A stretch of 64,000 nt of DNA, from positions 52,528-116,527 of the forward strand of contig JACPYM010000059.1 of the NCBI GenBank assembly GCA_016196035.1, given 5' to 3'. The DNA comes from Acidobacteriota bacterium. Lineage in GTDB: Bacteria > Acidobacteriota > Blastocatellia > RBC074. How positions within the stretch are numbered: the stretch's first letter is position 1; each line of letters starts with the position of its first letter. Below the pieces are notes generated by a model. The model did no database searches, had not been told where the DNA came from, and worked only from the letters and a program-made list of their open reading frames with translations. Made by a program: the position numbers and the translations under genes. Shown here one piece after another: positions 9,514-20,355 of the stretch.

Positions 9514-12500
9514 TTGGTTATGAAACCGCACGCGAAATCATCACAGACAGCTTTCATTTTGCTCAGAACCGTTGGGTTGCTGGCCATCTTGCTTTTGACT
9601 TCTTTCAACGCGCAGGCGCAGTTGCGCATTGTGGGGGCGATTTCTGGCACGGTGCAGGACCCGACCGGCGCGGTCGTCCCCAATGCCAAAGTGACACTGC
9701 GTGACGAAAAGACTGGCATCAGCCGCAATGTGACTTCGACCGAACGCGGGACATTTCTCTTTCCTGATTTGGCGGTGGGCACGTATGAGGTCAGCGTGGC
9801 GGCAGACGGCTTTCAAAAATCGGTCGTCCCCAACATCGGCGTTTCAACCAGCCAAACGACCGACGTGCGCGTCAATTTGACGGTGGGCGCGGCTTCGGAG
9901 ACTGTAACCATCGAAGGGGGCGGCTTCCAGGGCCTGGAAACCTCTTCGCAATTGGTGGCTAGTTCCATCAACAACGATACGATTACCAAGTTACCCGTCG
10001 CCAGTCGCAGCAATGTGTTGGCACTGGCCCGGCTGGCGCCTGGCATCTCGCCGGCTATCGGCGGTGGCAATTCGGGACGCTTCAACAATCTGTCGGGGGG
10101 CGCGGTCAACGTCACAGTGGACGGCATCAACGACGCCTCCAATGGTTTTAAGAGCGGCGGCACTGTCTTCTTTGCCACGGTGCCGGTGCGCTTGGGCGCG
10201 GTCGAAGAAGTCACGGTCGAAACGGGTGGCCTCGGTGCTGATTCGGGCGCGCAGAGCGGCGCGAATATCAAATTCACCACGCGACGCGGCGGCAGCCGCT
10301 ACCACGGCAGCGCTTTTTATGAACCGCGCAGCGAGCAGTTCAACGCCAATAGCTGGACGCGCAATGCGCAGGGGTTGCCGCGCGTTTACAACCGTAATCA
10401 CGATTACGGCGGCAATTTCGGCGGGCCGTTGGTGCCCTTTGGCCGACTGAAAGAGAAGCTCTTCTTCTTTGCCAATTTCGAGCGCAACTATGCGCCGATC
10501 ACCACCGCCCGCACGGTCACCGTGCTGACGCCGGACGCCCAGAAAGGCAATTACACTTACGTTGTCAGCGGCACGACCAACCAATTGCGCACAGTCAATG
10601 TGCTGGATTTGGCCGCCGCGCGCGGATTGCGCACGACGCTTGATCCGGTCGCGCAATCCATTCTCAACATCAACAATCAGATTCCGAAATATGCGAACGC
10701 GATTGCGGATACTGACCTCAATCGTGACACCTACACTTGGAACGCCGAGAATAACAATTACGCCTATTTTCCCGCCACACGCCTGGATTACTTCGTCACG
10801 CCCAAACAGCAAGTGACCTTTACCTGGAATTACCGGCATAACTGGCAGGCGGGCGAACGTCGCTTGCCCATTCCGGATATTCAAAGAACCAACCCGTTTC
10901 GCCTGGGTTACTTTGTTTACGCCGGGGCGCTGCAATCCACGTTTACGCCGCAAACCTTCAACGAATTCCGCTATGGCGTGCAGCACAGCGGCGACACCAA
11001 TGCGCGCGACGAATACGGGCCGTATTACACCTTCAGCAATAAACCGTTGCGCATCGGCGCGACGCTGCCCTTTGGCCCCACCGTCCCGTTTATTGACCAG
11101 GGGAATACGACGGGCCGCCATTTCATCACCACGATGTATGACACCATGACGATGAATCGCGGCCAGCACACGATCACCGTGGGCGGCAGTTATCGCAAGA
11201 CCACCTGGAATGACGTGGCCGTGATTTATCAGGTGCCGACATACGCCACCGGCACACCCAGTGGCGATCCGTTGGGGGTAGCCAATGCCTATACGACGAC
11301 GACCCTGCCGGGCATCAACAACACCGAGTTGGCGAATCCGTTGGCGCTTTACAACCTGCTGACTGGGCGTGTGGCCTCGTCCAGCTTCACACGCGTCGTC
11401 AACCCCGAAACGCTGCAATACGACGGCAAGCAAGAGCAGAATTACACCTGGACGAATTCGGCGATGGGCGGTTTTTATGGGCAGGATCGCTGGCGCATCC
11501 GGCCCAGCCTGACCTTGAATTACGGCTTGCGGTGGGAGATTCAAGGCCCGATGAAAGACGGCAAAGGCATTGTGGCGGTGCCCGATTTGGCGAGCGTTTA
11601 CGGGCCTTCGACCAAGCTCTTTACGCCGGGCGCGCTCAGCGGCAACAACAATCCGACGTTGGAAGCGGGCCGCCTGGCTTTCAAAACGGATTGGAAGAAT
11701 TTCGCGCCGAACCTCGGCTTTGCCTGGAACCCCAACAAGACCGAGGGACTATTGGGCAAACTCTTCGGCGGCCAGAAAACCGTCTTACGTGGTTCCTATT
11801 CGATGATCGTTTATGACGAAGGCACGCAGTTCTTCGCGCAAAACCTGGGCACGAATGCGGGCAAGACCATCGCGGCTACGCAATTGATTCCGGGCACGCC
11901 GGGCGCTACCAATCTGCCTGCGTTTTATACGCTCAACGACATCGTCAACAATCCGCTGACCGTCAATGCGTTCGCCTTCGCGACGACCGAATACAAGAAG
12001 ACCATCAATCAGGCCGATCAAACCTTCGCGCGCACGATTAGCGGCATTGATCCCAATCTGCGCGCGCCTTACACGGTCAATTGGTCGTTCGGCATCCAGC
12101 GCGAATTGTGGAAGAACAACGTGCTGGAGATTCGCTACGTCGGCAATCAATCCAAACTGGCCTGGCGCACCAGCAATCTGAATGAGGTGAACATCTTTGA
12201 GAACGGCTTCTTGAATGAGTTCAAGAATGCGCAGAAGAATCTGCAAATCAATCAAGCGGCGGGCGTCGCCAGTTTCCAAAACCTGAACCGCGCGGGCCAG
12301 GTGGCGCTGCCGATTTTCGACGCGGCCTTTGGCGCGCGGGGCGGCTTGGCGGCGATTGCCGCAGCGTCCGGCTATACCTCGACGGCCTTCATCACCAATT
12401 TGCAAAACGGCGAAGCGGGCGCGCTGGCGAACACGTTGGCGACGAGTCAAAATTATGTTTGCCGCATGTTCGGCAGCAGCTTCAGCCCCTGCGCGCGCGT

Positions 12501-13419
12501 GTTGCCGACGGCGAACACGCCAGGGCCTTATCCGATCAATTTCTTCCTGCTCAATCCCTTCGTCGCCGGACGCCTGAATTATGTGGATAACGGCGGCTGG
12601 CACAATTACAACGGTTTGCAGATTCAGTTCAAGCAACGGTTCGGGCAAAGCCTGAACTGGGCGACGAATTACACGTTCAGCAAGAGCCTGACCAACCTGG
12701 CTGCTGACAGTGCGAATCAGGGCCTCGATTACGTCACTTTGCGCGATCCCGGCCTGAGCCGCCGCTTGTCGCAATTCGATTTGCGCCACGTGATTCAAAC
12801 CTACGGCACTTACGATTTGCCGATTGGTCGCGGACGCCTGATTCCGCTCAACAATCGCTTGCTTGATACGCTCGTCGGCGGTTGGACGTTAGGCTCGGTC
12901 TTCGTCTTCAATACTGGCGCGCCCATTCAGTTGAGTGGTGGCACATTCCAGACCGTCAATCAAAATGGCGGGGCATCACCTAGCGCTATGTTAAATGGTG
13001 TCCGGCTCGCCCCCGGCGTCACGCTGGAGCAGATTCAAAAGCTGTTCAACGCCGAACGCACCCGCTTGACGGGCCGCGCGGGCACAACGGATTTGCAACG
13101 GCTCGCAGTTGACGCCAGCCTGATCGGCCCTGATGGCCGTGCCAATCCGCAATACCTGCTGCCGAACACCACGCCCGGCGAATTCGGGCAGTTGCTGTTC
13201 CTGCGCGACAAGAACACCTTCCAATGGGACGCCTCGATCACGAAGACCTTCAAGATTGTCGAGAAGGTGCGCTTCGAATTGTTCGGCGGCCTCAACAACG
13301 TGCTGAATCATCCGCGTTGGGGCTTCCCCGACACGAACGTGTTCAGCACGACCTTCGGCGTTGTGGGCGCGCCGGGCGGCAACCGCTCGATCAATTTGCG
13401 CGGTACGCTCAGTTTCTAG
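9514..13419 (+). CDS. TonB-dependent outer-membrane transporter with N-terminal carboxypeptidase-regulatory-like domain (Acidobacteria SusC-like)
   Basis: Signal peptide, CarboxypepD_reg-type N-domain, 1301 aa, C-terminal aromatic 'LSF'; paralog of 28631..32485; GGAGG RBS. Confidence 0.85.
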   Translation: MVMKPHAKSSQTAFILLRTVGLLAILLLTSFNAQAQLRIVGAISGTVQDPTGAVVPNAKVTLRDEKTGISRNVTSTERGTFLFPDLAVGTYEVSVAADGFQKSVVPNIGVSTSQTTDVRVNLTVGAASETVTIEGGGFQGLETSSQLVASSINNDTITKLPVASRSNVLALARLAPGISPAIGGGNSGRFNNLSGGAVNVTVDGINDASNGFKSGGTVFFATVPVRLGAVEEVTVETGGLGADSGAQSGANIKFTTRRGGSRYHGSAFYEPRSEQFNANSWTRNAQGLPRVYNRNHDYGGNFGGPLVPFGRLKEKLFFFANFERNYAPITTARTVTVLTPDAQKGNYTYVVSGTTNQLRTVNVLDLAAARGLRTTLDPVAQSILNINNQIPKYANAIADTDLNRDTYTWNAENNNYAYFPATRLDYFVTPKQQVTFTWNYRHNWQAGERRLPIPDIQRTNPFRLGYFVYAGALQSTFTPQTFNEFRYGVQHSGDTNARDEYGPYYTFSNKPLRIGATLPFGPTVPFIDQGNTTGRHFITTMYDTMTMNRGQHTITVGGSYRKTTWNDVAVIYQVPTYATGTPSGDPLGVANAYTTTTLPGINNTELANPLALYNLLTGRVASSSFTRVVNPETLQYDGKQEQNYTWTNSAMGGFYGQDRWRIRPSLTLNYGLRWEIQGPMKDGKGIVAVPDLASVYGPSTKLFTPGALSGNNNPTLEAGRLAFKTDWKNFAPNLGFAWNPNKTEGLLGKLFGGQKTVLRGSYSMIVYDEGTQFFAQNLGTNAGKTIAATQLIPGTPGATNLPAFYTLNDIVNNPLTVNAFAFATTEYKKTINQADQTFARTISGIDPNLRAPYTVNWSFGIQRELWKNNVLEIRYVGNQSKLAWRTSNLNEVNIFENGFLNEFKNAQKNLQINQAAGVASFQNLNRAGQVALPIFDAAFGARGGLAAIAAASGYTSTAFITNLQNGEAGALANTLATSQNYVCRMFGSSFSPCARVLPTANTPGPYPINFFLLNPFVAGRLNYVDNGGWHNYNGLQIQFKQRFGQSLNWATNYTFSKSLTNLAADSANQGLDYVTLRDPGLSRRLSQFDLRHVIQTYGTYDLPIGRGRLIPLNNRLLDTLVGGWTLGSVFVFNTGAPIQLSGGTFQTVNQNGGASPSAMLNGVRLAPGVTLEQIQKLFNAERTRLTGRAGTTDLQRLAVDASLIGPDGRANPQYLLPNTTPGEFGQLLFLRDKNTFQWDASITKTFKIVEKVRFELFGGLNNVLNHPRWGFPDTNVFSTTFGVVGAPGGNRSINLRGTLSF

Positions 13420-13428
13420 CTTTGGTAA

Positions 13429-13536
13429 CCCTGGGTACGCAGCGCTTCCAGCGTGCAGTTTCGGCGGCAGACGCCTTCCTGCCGGAAGGAAAAGGTCAAT
13501 TGCCGAGACTGCACGCTGGAAGCGCTGCGTACCCAG
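13429..13536. repeat. Family A palindromic element copy A1 (29-bp inverted arms CCTGGGTACGCAGCGCTTCCAGCGTGCAG)
   Basis: Perfect inverted arms flanking ~50-nt loop with inner CCTTCC..GGAAGG hairpin, immediately after transporter stop. Confidence 0.8.
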
Positions 13537-13553
13537 ATTTGTTTGGAGTCTGC

Positions 13554-15920
13554 ATGATACGCATCGCAAAGTTCATCAGCGCCGCGCTGCTCATCACGGC
13601 TCTTGCCCAAGCCCAACAAATCAGAAACGCCGTCCCCGATGTCGCGCGTCCGTTACCGCTGTCAGCCGTGCGCTTGACCGGCGGGCCGCTCAAAGTGGCG
13701 CAGGATTTGGATGCCGACTATCTGTTGAAACTCGAACCGGATCGGATGCTGGCGTTTTATCGCAAACGCGCGGGCTTGCAAGCCAAAGCCGAACCCTATG
13801 GCGGTTGGGACGGCGATGGCCGCAATCTGACGGGCCACATTGCCGGGCATTACCTTTCTGGCGTGAGCATGATGTACGCCGCGACGGGCGATGCGCGCTT
13901 CAAAGAGCGCGTTGAATATCTAGTCCGTGAAATGAAAGAAGTGCAGGACAAGCACGGCGACGGCTATCTGGGTGCGCTGGCGAACGGCAAGGAGCAGTTC
14001 ATCGAAGTCTCGAAAGGCAATATCCGCTCGGCGGGGTTTGATCTGAATGGCCTGTGGTCGCCCTGGTACGTCTTGCATAAAACCTACGCCGGCTTGCGCG
14101 ACGCCTATCGTTACGCGGGCAATCGCACGGCGCTCGATCTGGAAATCAAATTCGCCGCCTGGGCCGAAAGCATCGTCGGCAAGCTGGATGACGCCCAATT
14201 GCAGAAGATGCTCAACACCGAATTCGGCGGCATGCCCGAAGTGCTGGCTGACTTGTATGTCGACACCGGCGACAAGCGCTGGCTCGATCTTTCGCATCGC
14301 TTCGATCATCGCGCCGTGCTTGACCCGCTGGCGCGCAAAGAAGACATCCTGAACGGGCTGCACGGCAATACGCAGGTGCCGAAGATTCAAGGCTCGCTGA
14401 TGCGCTACGCCTACACGGGCGATAAGCGCGACGGCGACGCGGCGCAGTTCTTTTGGGAAGCCGTCGCCAAGCATCACAGCTTCGCCACCGGCGGCCACGG
14501 CAAGGATGAATACTTCGGCCCGCCGGACGTGTTGAGCGACCGTATTGACGGGCGCACGGCGGAAACCTGCAACGTCTACAACATGATCAAAATGTCGCGG
14601 AAGCTCTTCGCTCTGCATCCCGACAACCAATACGCCGAATTCCACGAACGCGCGCTCTTCAATCACATTCTCGGTTCGATAGACAATCAGGACGGGCGGA
14701 CGTGTTATATGGTGCCGGTCGGACGCGGCGTGCAACACGAATACGCCGACATGTTCCGCAGCTTCACCTGCTGTGTCGGTTCCGGCATGGAAAGCCACGC
14801 GCTGCACGGCGACGGCTTGTACTACGAATCGGGTGACAAGCTGTGGGTCAACCTTTACGCGCCCTCGACGGCGAAGTGGGAAGCGGCGGGCGTTGACCTG
14901 ACGATGGACACGGCCTTTCCCGAAGGCGAGGCGGCCACGCTGAAACTGACGCTCAAAGCGCCTAAACAATTCACGCTCGCCTTGCGCCGACCGTCGTGGG
15001 CAGATGCGGGCTTCGCCGTCAAGCTCAACGGCCAACCCGTCAAGCAACTCGCCCAGCCGGGCGCGTATGTCGAACTCAAACGCAACTGGAAGAGTGGCGA
15101 CACGGTGGCGCTGACGTTGCCGAAAAAGCTGCGCCTGGAACCGTTGCCAGATAACCCGCACGTGACGGCGATTATGTGGGGGCCGCTGGTGCTGGCCGGT
15201 GATCTAGGCCCCGAACGCGCGCGTGGCCGTGGCCCGCAAGCCGCTGGTGCAACGCAACCGCTCAGCATTCCCTCGTTGGTTGCCGCTGACCGTCAATTAA
15301 ACGATTGGATCAAAGCCGTCGCCGATAAACCGGGCGATTTCCGCACCACTGGCGTCGGGCGCGAACAGGATGTCGAACTCGTGCCGTTTTATCGCCTGCA
15401 TCGGCGCACCTATTCCATCTATTTCGATCTGTTCACGCCTGCCGAATGGGAAAAGAAGGCCGCCGACTTGCTCGCCGCCCGCGAACGCCAACGGAAGCTG
15501 GAAGCGGCGACACTGGGCTTCGTGCAACCCGGCGAAATGCAACCCGAACGCGACTTCAACCAACAGGGCGAAGAAACCCAACCCGTGCGCACCGCTGGCC
15601 GCGCCGGTCGCAGCGCCAAGAAATGGTTCTCCTTCGATCTGCCGGTTGAGCCGGCGCATCCGTTGAAACTGATTGCCACCTACCACGGCGAAGAGCGCGC
15701 CACGCGCACCTTCGAGATTTTGGTGGACGGCACGCGCATTGGCGAACAACGCATCGAACGCCATCGCCCCGGCAGCCCGACCAAGAGCTTTTTCGATGTT
15801 GAGTATGCTGTCCCGGCTGAGTTGGTGAAGGACAAACAAAAAGTCACGGTGCGCTTTCAGGCGATGGGGGGGAATGAAACGGCGGGGGTGTTTGGCGTCC
15901 GGCTGGTGCGCGCGGATTAG
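13554..15920 (+). CDS. Secreted glycoside hydrolase family 127-like (DUF1680, beta-L-arabinofuranosidase-like) protein
   Basis: Signal peptide, ~789 aa, DUF1680-like conserved Cys cluster 'FTCCVGSG'; family assignment from memory, not searched. Confidence 0.5.
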   Translation: MIRIAKFISAALLITALAQAQQIRNAVPDVARPLPLSAVRLTGGPLKVAQDLDADYLLKLEPDRMLAFYRKRAGLQAKAEPYGGWDGDGRNLTGHIAGHYLSGVSMMYAATGDARFKERVEYLVREMKEVQDKHGDGYLGALANGKEQFIEVSKGNIRSAGFDLNGLWSPWYVLHKTYAGLRDAYRYAGNRTALDLEIKFAAWAESIVGKLDDAQLQKMLNTEFGGMPEVLADLYVDTGDKRWLDLSHRFDHRAVLDPLARKEDILNGLHGNTQVPKIQGSLMRYAYTGDKRDGDAAQFFWEAVAKHHSFATGGHGKDEYFGPPDVLSDRIDGRTAETCNVYNMIKMSRKLFALHPDNQYAEFHERALFNHILGSIDNQDGRTCYMVPVGRGVQHEYADMFRSFTCCVGSGMESHALHGDGLYYESGDKLWVNLYAPSTAKWEAAGVDLTMDTAFPEGEAATLKLTLKAPKQFTLALRRPSWADAGFAVKLNGQPVKQLAQPGAYVELKRNWKSGDTVALTLPKKLRLEPLPDNPHVTAIMWGPLVLAGDLGPERARGRGPQAAGATQPLSIPSLVAADRQLNDWIKAVADKPGDFRTTGVGREQDVELVPFYRLHRRTYSIYFDLFTPAEWEKKAADLLAARERQRKLEAATLGFVQPGEMQPERDFNQQGEETQPVRTAGRAGRSAKKWFSFDLPVEPAHPLKLIATYHGEERATRTFEILVDGTRIGEQRIERHRPGSPTKSFFDVEYAVPAELVKDKQKVTVRFQAMGGNETAGVFGVRLVRAD

Positions 15921-16126
15921 CAGCGCTGAGTTGCTTAGACAGGCTTTTTCCAGCCGAGACGAAGTGGTGATTCGAATCTATGACCCGTGACAAACGAGTT
16001 GCTGATTTCGACAATCTCTATACGGCTGATTTCGAAGCGAGCGGCCAGCCGCGCAATTGTTCAACACGCTATTGGCTGCGCAGCCCGCGAGCTATTGCAG
16101 CGGCGGCGGGACAGCGTTTTCAGTTG

Positions 16127-16753
16127 TCACTCCCTGACACAGCGAACGGAAAATGCTCTCGGCTTCTCGCCACCGCTTTGACGATGGAGAGCTTGCCCGC
16201 CTTTACCAAAGTTGTAGTACCAGCCACTGGCCGGATCAATCTCTGATGCCGTCCAGTAGAATCCGTGGGCTTCCAATCGTGCATACTGGCCGTCAGCGGA
16301 GCGGCCACCGCCGAGCAAGGCCTTGAATCCCGCGCTGCCTCCGGCCAAGAGCGCCTGGTACGCTGCTTTACCCTTGTCCTCCGAATCCTCGCTCACGCCA
16401 CCGTAGGGCTTCGCCATCTGCCGCCATTCGTCGTCCGTCGGCAATCGCCAGCCATCACCCAATGCTTGACATCCGCGCCGCGCCGACTCCCACGTGTACA
16501 AACGGCCATACTGACGGCAATTCGGCTCCGCATCTTCGTAGCAGTAGGACGGGACAGTCTTGACGTTCAGATTGTCTGTCGTCCACTGTTTGCCGTCCGC
16601 CATCCGCTTGGCGGACGGTAGCGTGCCGGACGCTTGTGGGGCTTGCGCTGAAAAGCGCTCCAAGGACGCGTTCATAGATGCGAACGCAATACTCAGCGCG
16701 ATTGATACGGCACAAACTCGAATCAGCCTGGTTTTGCGATTAACGCTAATCAT
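16127..16753 (-). CDS. Fibrobacter succinogenes major paralogous (FISUMP, TIGR02145) domain protein, secreted
   Basis: 'CYEDAEPNCRQYGRLYTWESA ... GWRLPTDDEWRQM' hallmark motif; signal peptide. Confidence 0.7.
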   Translation of the reverse strand: MISVNRKTRLIRVCAVSIALSIAFASMNASLERFSAQAPQASGTLPSAKRMADGKQWTTDNLNVKTVPSYCYEDAEPNCRQYGRLYTWESARRGCQALGDGWRLPTDDEWRQMAKPYGGVSEDSEDKGKAAYQALLAGGSAGFKALLGGGRSADGQYARLEAHGFYWTASEIDPASGWYYNFGKGGQALHRQSGGEKPRAFSVRCVRE

Positions 16754-16871
16754 AAATAAGCCCCACCGCGTGCTGAACCATTCTACACACGGCGTTGGTC
16801 TGAAACATCACTAGCAAAAACTGCTTTCACGGCAAGCAACATGGGCTTCCGCTTGCTTCCACATCACCGCC

Positions 16872-19709
16872 TTAGTGAGCCGTCTTCAATTCAAGCCACG
16901 TCGTGCCTTGCTTGAGCGGAATCGTAAACGCCGCGCGCTCCTGGTTGAATTCCTGGTGCAGTTGATAGCTGCCGCTCCCAGCAACCTGCGCAGGCTGTTC
17001 GATGCGCAAGCGGGCTTGTGGCGTTTCCGGCGTTGCGTTTGCCAAGCCCACCCGCACCGCACCTGTTTTCGCATTCACCTCGATGGCTTCAAACTGTCCC
17101 GCATCCAGCGTCAGCCACAGTCCGCGCGGCGCAATGAATACGCGCATCCGGAACGAATCGAGCGGCTGCACTTTCACCCAATCGCCCGCGTGTTTGACGT
17201 TGCCGCCGAAAGCCTGCCAGCCGAATTCGGGATGGTTGATCAAATACGTTGCTGTGTTGAGCGCGTGGCCGAAGAAGTTCGGGCCGTAATCGCCGCTGTA
17301 GGCATCCCACTTGAGCGTGGAGGGGAAAGAATGAAAGGCGACCGACGCAAAACCTTCGCGGTCAATGTTCGTGAGCGCGCCCAGCGTGCCGCCGTAGCCG
17401 ATGCGCAACAGATAATCGTCTTCGGGATGTTCGCGGTAATGCGACAGCACCGGAATCGCGTTCAGGCCGGAACCGTAATGATGCAACTGCCGCTCGATGC
17501 GCCTCAGCTTGCCGCCGTAGAGGAAATCCCAATACCGGCGGGCGTTCCCGTTGTAGCCCCAATGCGGCACGGTCGGCATATAGCCGATGATGGAATTGAG
17601 CGAAACCAGCGCCTTGTCGTCGTAGCCGAAATAATCGCACCACGCATACACCTCTTCCTGCCCCGTCGAATCCCACGCCATCTCACTGCCGAATGGGTAG
17701 GCTTCTTTGCGCCAACGTTCGGTGCGCTCTTTCATCAGCGCTTCCACCTCGGCGGCTTTTTCCGTCCAGCCCTCGCGCTTCAGGTCTTGCAGCACCATTA
17801 AGAAAATGTCGCCTTCCATCAAACCGAGCTCGACATAACCGACGCGGCGGCGATTGCGATTGTCGGCGTTGCGGCTGAAGGTGAATTTGGTCGTCTGATA
17901 CGCCTGTTCCAAATACCAATCCCACGGATGATTGCTGACGAGACCAGTGTGATTGCGCGCGATGCGATACATTGACCAATACGCCGCGACGACATGCGGA
18001 TAGTTGTAGCCGCGTCCGATGGATTCGGCATCGGCTTTCTTCCAGCTTGTCCACGTCGTCCAATTCAGCGCTGGGTCATATTGAAAGCCCGGCACATCAG
18101 CAGGCGAGTAATAAAGCATGCTCTTGCGCACGCCGTATTTGTTCGGGCCGTCTTTGTATTGCAAGCCGCCCCACAGCACGTTGTCTATGAACTGTTCGTA
18201 CTTGGCCAATTCGTCGCGTTTGGGTTGGCCGAATTGTTTCATCGCGGCGGCCAGCCACGAACCGGAACCGCCTTCATCGCCCAAGCCCGCAATCCAGACG
18301 CGGCTGTCTTGCGACACGATCTTGTCGGCTTCGCGGTCGTAGCTCATCACGGAAGGGCTACGGCGAAAGGGATCATTCGGGTCTACGAACCATTGCTTCG
18401 TCATCAGGAAGTTGCCCATGTCGGCGACGGCTTGCGCGGCGGGTTTGATGACGTAGTAGCTAATGGATTGTTGATTGCCGTCGGCGTATTTGACCAGCAA
18501 CCGTGCGCGTCCCCACGCATTGCCGCGCAGTGTATAAGCGCGCCAGCCTTGCTTGGTCGGCTTGTCTTCACGAATCGTGATGGCGTTCGCGGGTTCGGCG
18601 GCGATGCTCGCAACTTTGCTTTTGGCATTCAGAAAAAGTTTGCCTTCGATGCCTTGCGGCAGCACGTAGCCGGGAATGCCTACGGCAACGGGGCGATTGT
18701 TGGCGGCGAGTGTTGATTCGATGTTGCGGATTTCATTCGAGACAAGAAAGCGCAGGCCATACGTGCGGCTCGCGTTCGGCGCAAGCGTCGCGCTGGTCGG
18801 CGCGTTCCATTGCTCGACACCTTTCCATTCGGTTTCGGCGTAAGCCTGCGAATGCGCCATCCAGGCAAATGTTCCCTCGAAGGTTTGGGCAGGGCGCGTC
18901 GGTTCGTTGAGCAATTGATACGCTTCAAACGGCGTCTTGCCTTCGGGGACTACGACAAGCGCCGGGCCTTTGCCGCTCAGGCGCGTGACCTGCAAATAGC
19001 CCGCGTCCTGCCCGATATAAGGATCAGAGAACGAACAGATTTCATGCGCTTGTTGCAGGTTGCGTCCGGTGATGTGGTTGTTGAAGGCCAGCGGAATGCC
19101 AAGTGCGCCGAGTTGCAATGGTTCCGAAGTTTTGTTTTTGAGTTCATAGCGCAGCGCGAGGCGGCCATTGTCTACGACCCAACTGCGCGTGATTTGCACG
19201 GGGCAATCTTCGGGTAGCGTCGGCGTGAGATCCGCCGCAGCGAGTGTTGCGCCTGAAGCTGCCAACGCATTCACCGGCTTGCGTGTTGCCGTGGTCGAAT
19301 ACTCTTTCCACTCGCCCGCATTGCCTTTGCGCACACGCATCGTCAAATCGCCCAGGTGGTAATGCCCATCGCTCGCACGGCGCTCCAATCGGTCAGCCGG
19401 CGTGAAATCAAATCCGTTGCCGCCTTTTGGTTGCAAGGCCGCGATGGTTTGCGAAGCCTTGACCAGCTTGAGCGTGAAATCCGGCGTATCGAATTCCAGA
19501 TAGCCTTGTTCCAATCCGAGCGTCGGTGTGGGCGTCGGAGTCGGTGTGGGTCTGCCGGGTTGGGCTTGTTGATTTTGCGCTTGCCGGGTGAAAGGAAAGA
19601 GCGCCCCTGCCAGTAACAGCGCGCTTGCTATGCCAATGACGTTCAACTTGATTTTGCTCAAGGATGCGGCGCGCAGGGCGGCGGTTTTGACGAAGTGAGA
19701 GCGGTTCAT
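16872..19709 (-). CDS. Large secreted hypothetical protein (945 aa) with (PT)n linker; possibly glycan-active
   Basis: Signal/anchor then 'PTPTPTPTPT' linker; no motif I can name; located in carbohydrate locus. Confidence 0.5.
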   Translation of the reverse strand: MNRSHFVKTAALRAASLSKIKLNVIGIASALLLAGALFPFTRQAQNQQAQPGRPTPTPTPTPTLGLEQGYLEFDTPDFTLKLVKASQTIAALQPKGGNGFDFTPADRLERRASDGHYHLGDLTMRVRKGNAGEWKEYSTTATRKPVNALAASGATLAAADLTPTLPEDCPVQITRSWVVDNGRLALRYELKNKTSEPLQLGALGIPLAFNNHITGRNLQQAHEICSFSDPYIGQDAGYLQVTRLSGKGPALVVVPEGKTPFEAYQLLNEPTRPAQTFEGTFAWMAHSQAYAETEWKGVEQWNAPTSATLAPNASRTYGLRFLVSNEIRNIESTLAANNRPVAVGIPGYVLPQGIEGKLFLNAKSKVASIAAEPANAITIREDKPTKQGWRAYTLRGNAWGRARLLVKYADGNQQSISYYVIKPAAQAVADMGNFLMTKQWFVDPNDPFRRSPSVMSYDREADKIVSQDSRVWIAGLGDEGGSGSWLAAAMKQFGQPKRDELAKYEQFIDNVLWGGLQYKDGPNKYGVRKSMLYYSPADVPGFQYDPALNWTTWTSWKKADAESIGRGYNYPHVVAAYWSMYRIARNHTGLVSNHPWDWYLEQAYQTTKFTFSRNADNRNRRRVGYVELGLMEGDIFLMVLQDLKREGWTEKAAEVEALMKERTERWRKEAYPFGSEMAWDSTGQEEVYAWCDYFGYDDKALVSLNSIIGYMPTVPHWGYNGNARRYWDFLYGGKLRRIERQLHHYGSGLNAIPVLSHYREHPEDDYLLRIGYGGTLGALTNIDREGFASVAFHSFPSTLKWDAYSGDYGPNFFGHALNTATYLINHPEFGWQAFGGNVKHAGDWVKVQPLDSFRMRVFIAPRGLWLTLDAGQFEAIEVNAKTGAVRVGLANATPETPQARLRIEQPAQVAGSGSYQLHQEFNQERAAFTIPLKQGTTWLELKTAH

Positions 19710-19774
19710 AGCGGATTGGTTTCCTCCTTCAAGTGCAGGGAAAACGATGTGTGCGATGCGGCGTACTAAGCTGG

Positions 19775-20128
19775 TTACAGGTGATAAATCACATCGGTAC
19801 GATTGATTTCGATGAAATCAAAAACATCAAAGCCTTCGACGATCTGCTCAAGATTGGCGTGAAAGATTGCCAGCAAGTCGGCATTGCGGATGTTGCCGGT
19901 TGAAACCAGTAACAGCTTCGGCGGTTCTTGGCGCAGCAAGAACGAGTCAACAAAATCGGAATCTTTCGTGATGACTACGCGCTGCTCTTGGGCGCAGATC
20001 AGGTTAATGGTCGAGTCAGGCGTGCGATTGCCCAGCGACAACTCCTTCGTGTGGATCGCATCGTGGCCTGCTTGATGTAGCAAGTAAGCCAACCGTCGCG
20101 GCAGATGGGCGTCAACGATGAACTTCAT
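19775..20128 (-). CDS. DUF5615 (PIN-like) toxin-type protein, partner of DUF433
   Basis: 117 aa, overlaps upstream DUF433 gene by 4 bp; typical pair. Confidence 0.65.
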   Translation of the reverse strand: MKFIVDAHLPRRLAYLLHQAGHDAIHTKELSLGNRTPDSTINLICAQEQRVVITKDSDFVDSFLLRQEPPKLLLVSTGNIRNADLLAIFHANLEQIVEGFDVFDFIEINRTDVIYHL

Positions 20129-20355
20129 ACCAGCACGGGTTCGATGCGCTTGATTTGGCTCAGCCGGGCGGCATACGCCAGCACCGCCAGGATGTCTTCG
20201 CGTTCCAGGTCGTCGTAATCATCCAAAATCTCTTCCGTCGTCATGCCAGAGCTAAGTAACTCCAGAATGACTTCCACCGGGTAACGTAAGCCGCGAATAA
20301 CGGGCTTGCCGTGGCAGATTTCAGGGTCAGTTGTAATGCGGTTTAGTAGTTCCAT
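20125..20355 (-). CDS. DUF433 domain protein (antitoxin-like partner)
   Basis: 76 aa 'ICHGKPVIRGLRYPVEVILELLSSGMTTEEIL' DUF433 signature. Confidence 0.75.
   Translation of the reverse strand: MELLNRITTDPEICHGKPVIRGLRYPVEVILELLSSGMTTEEILDDYDDLEREDILAVLAYAARLSQIKRIEPVLV

Noticed and set aside
9991-12798. Long minus-strand ORFs (517 aa, 337 aa) inside the first TonB transporter gene
   Set aside because: Antisense shadow ORFs with Arg/Ala-rich low-complexity translation.
13416-13619. Small ORFs translating 'LGTQRFQRAVSA' found at several loci (also 12991..13569, 23459..23704, 31610..32665)
   Set aside because: They are translations of the conserved arms of the family A palindromic repeat, not a conserved peptide gene.
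13920-15161. 413-aa ORF on minus strand
   Set aside because: Shadow ORF antisense to the GH127-like gene. Typical of high-GC DNA, with no motifs.
16875-18716. Plus-strand ORFs of 308 and 240 aa
   Set aside because: Antisense to the 945-aa secreted protein gene.
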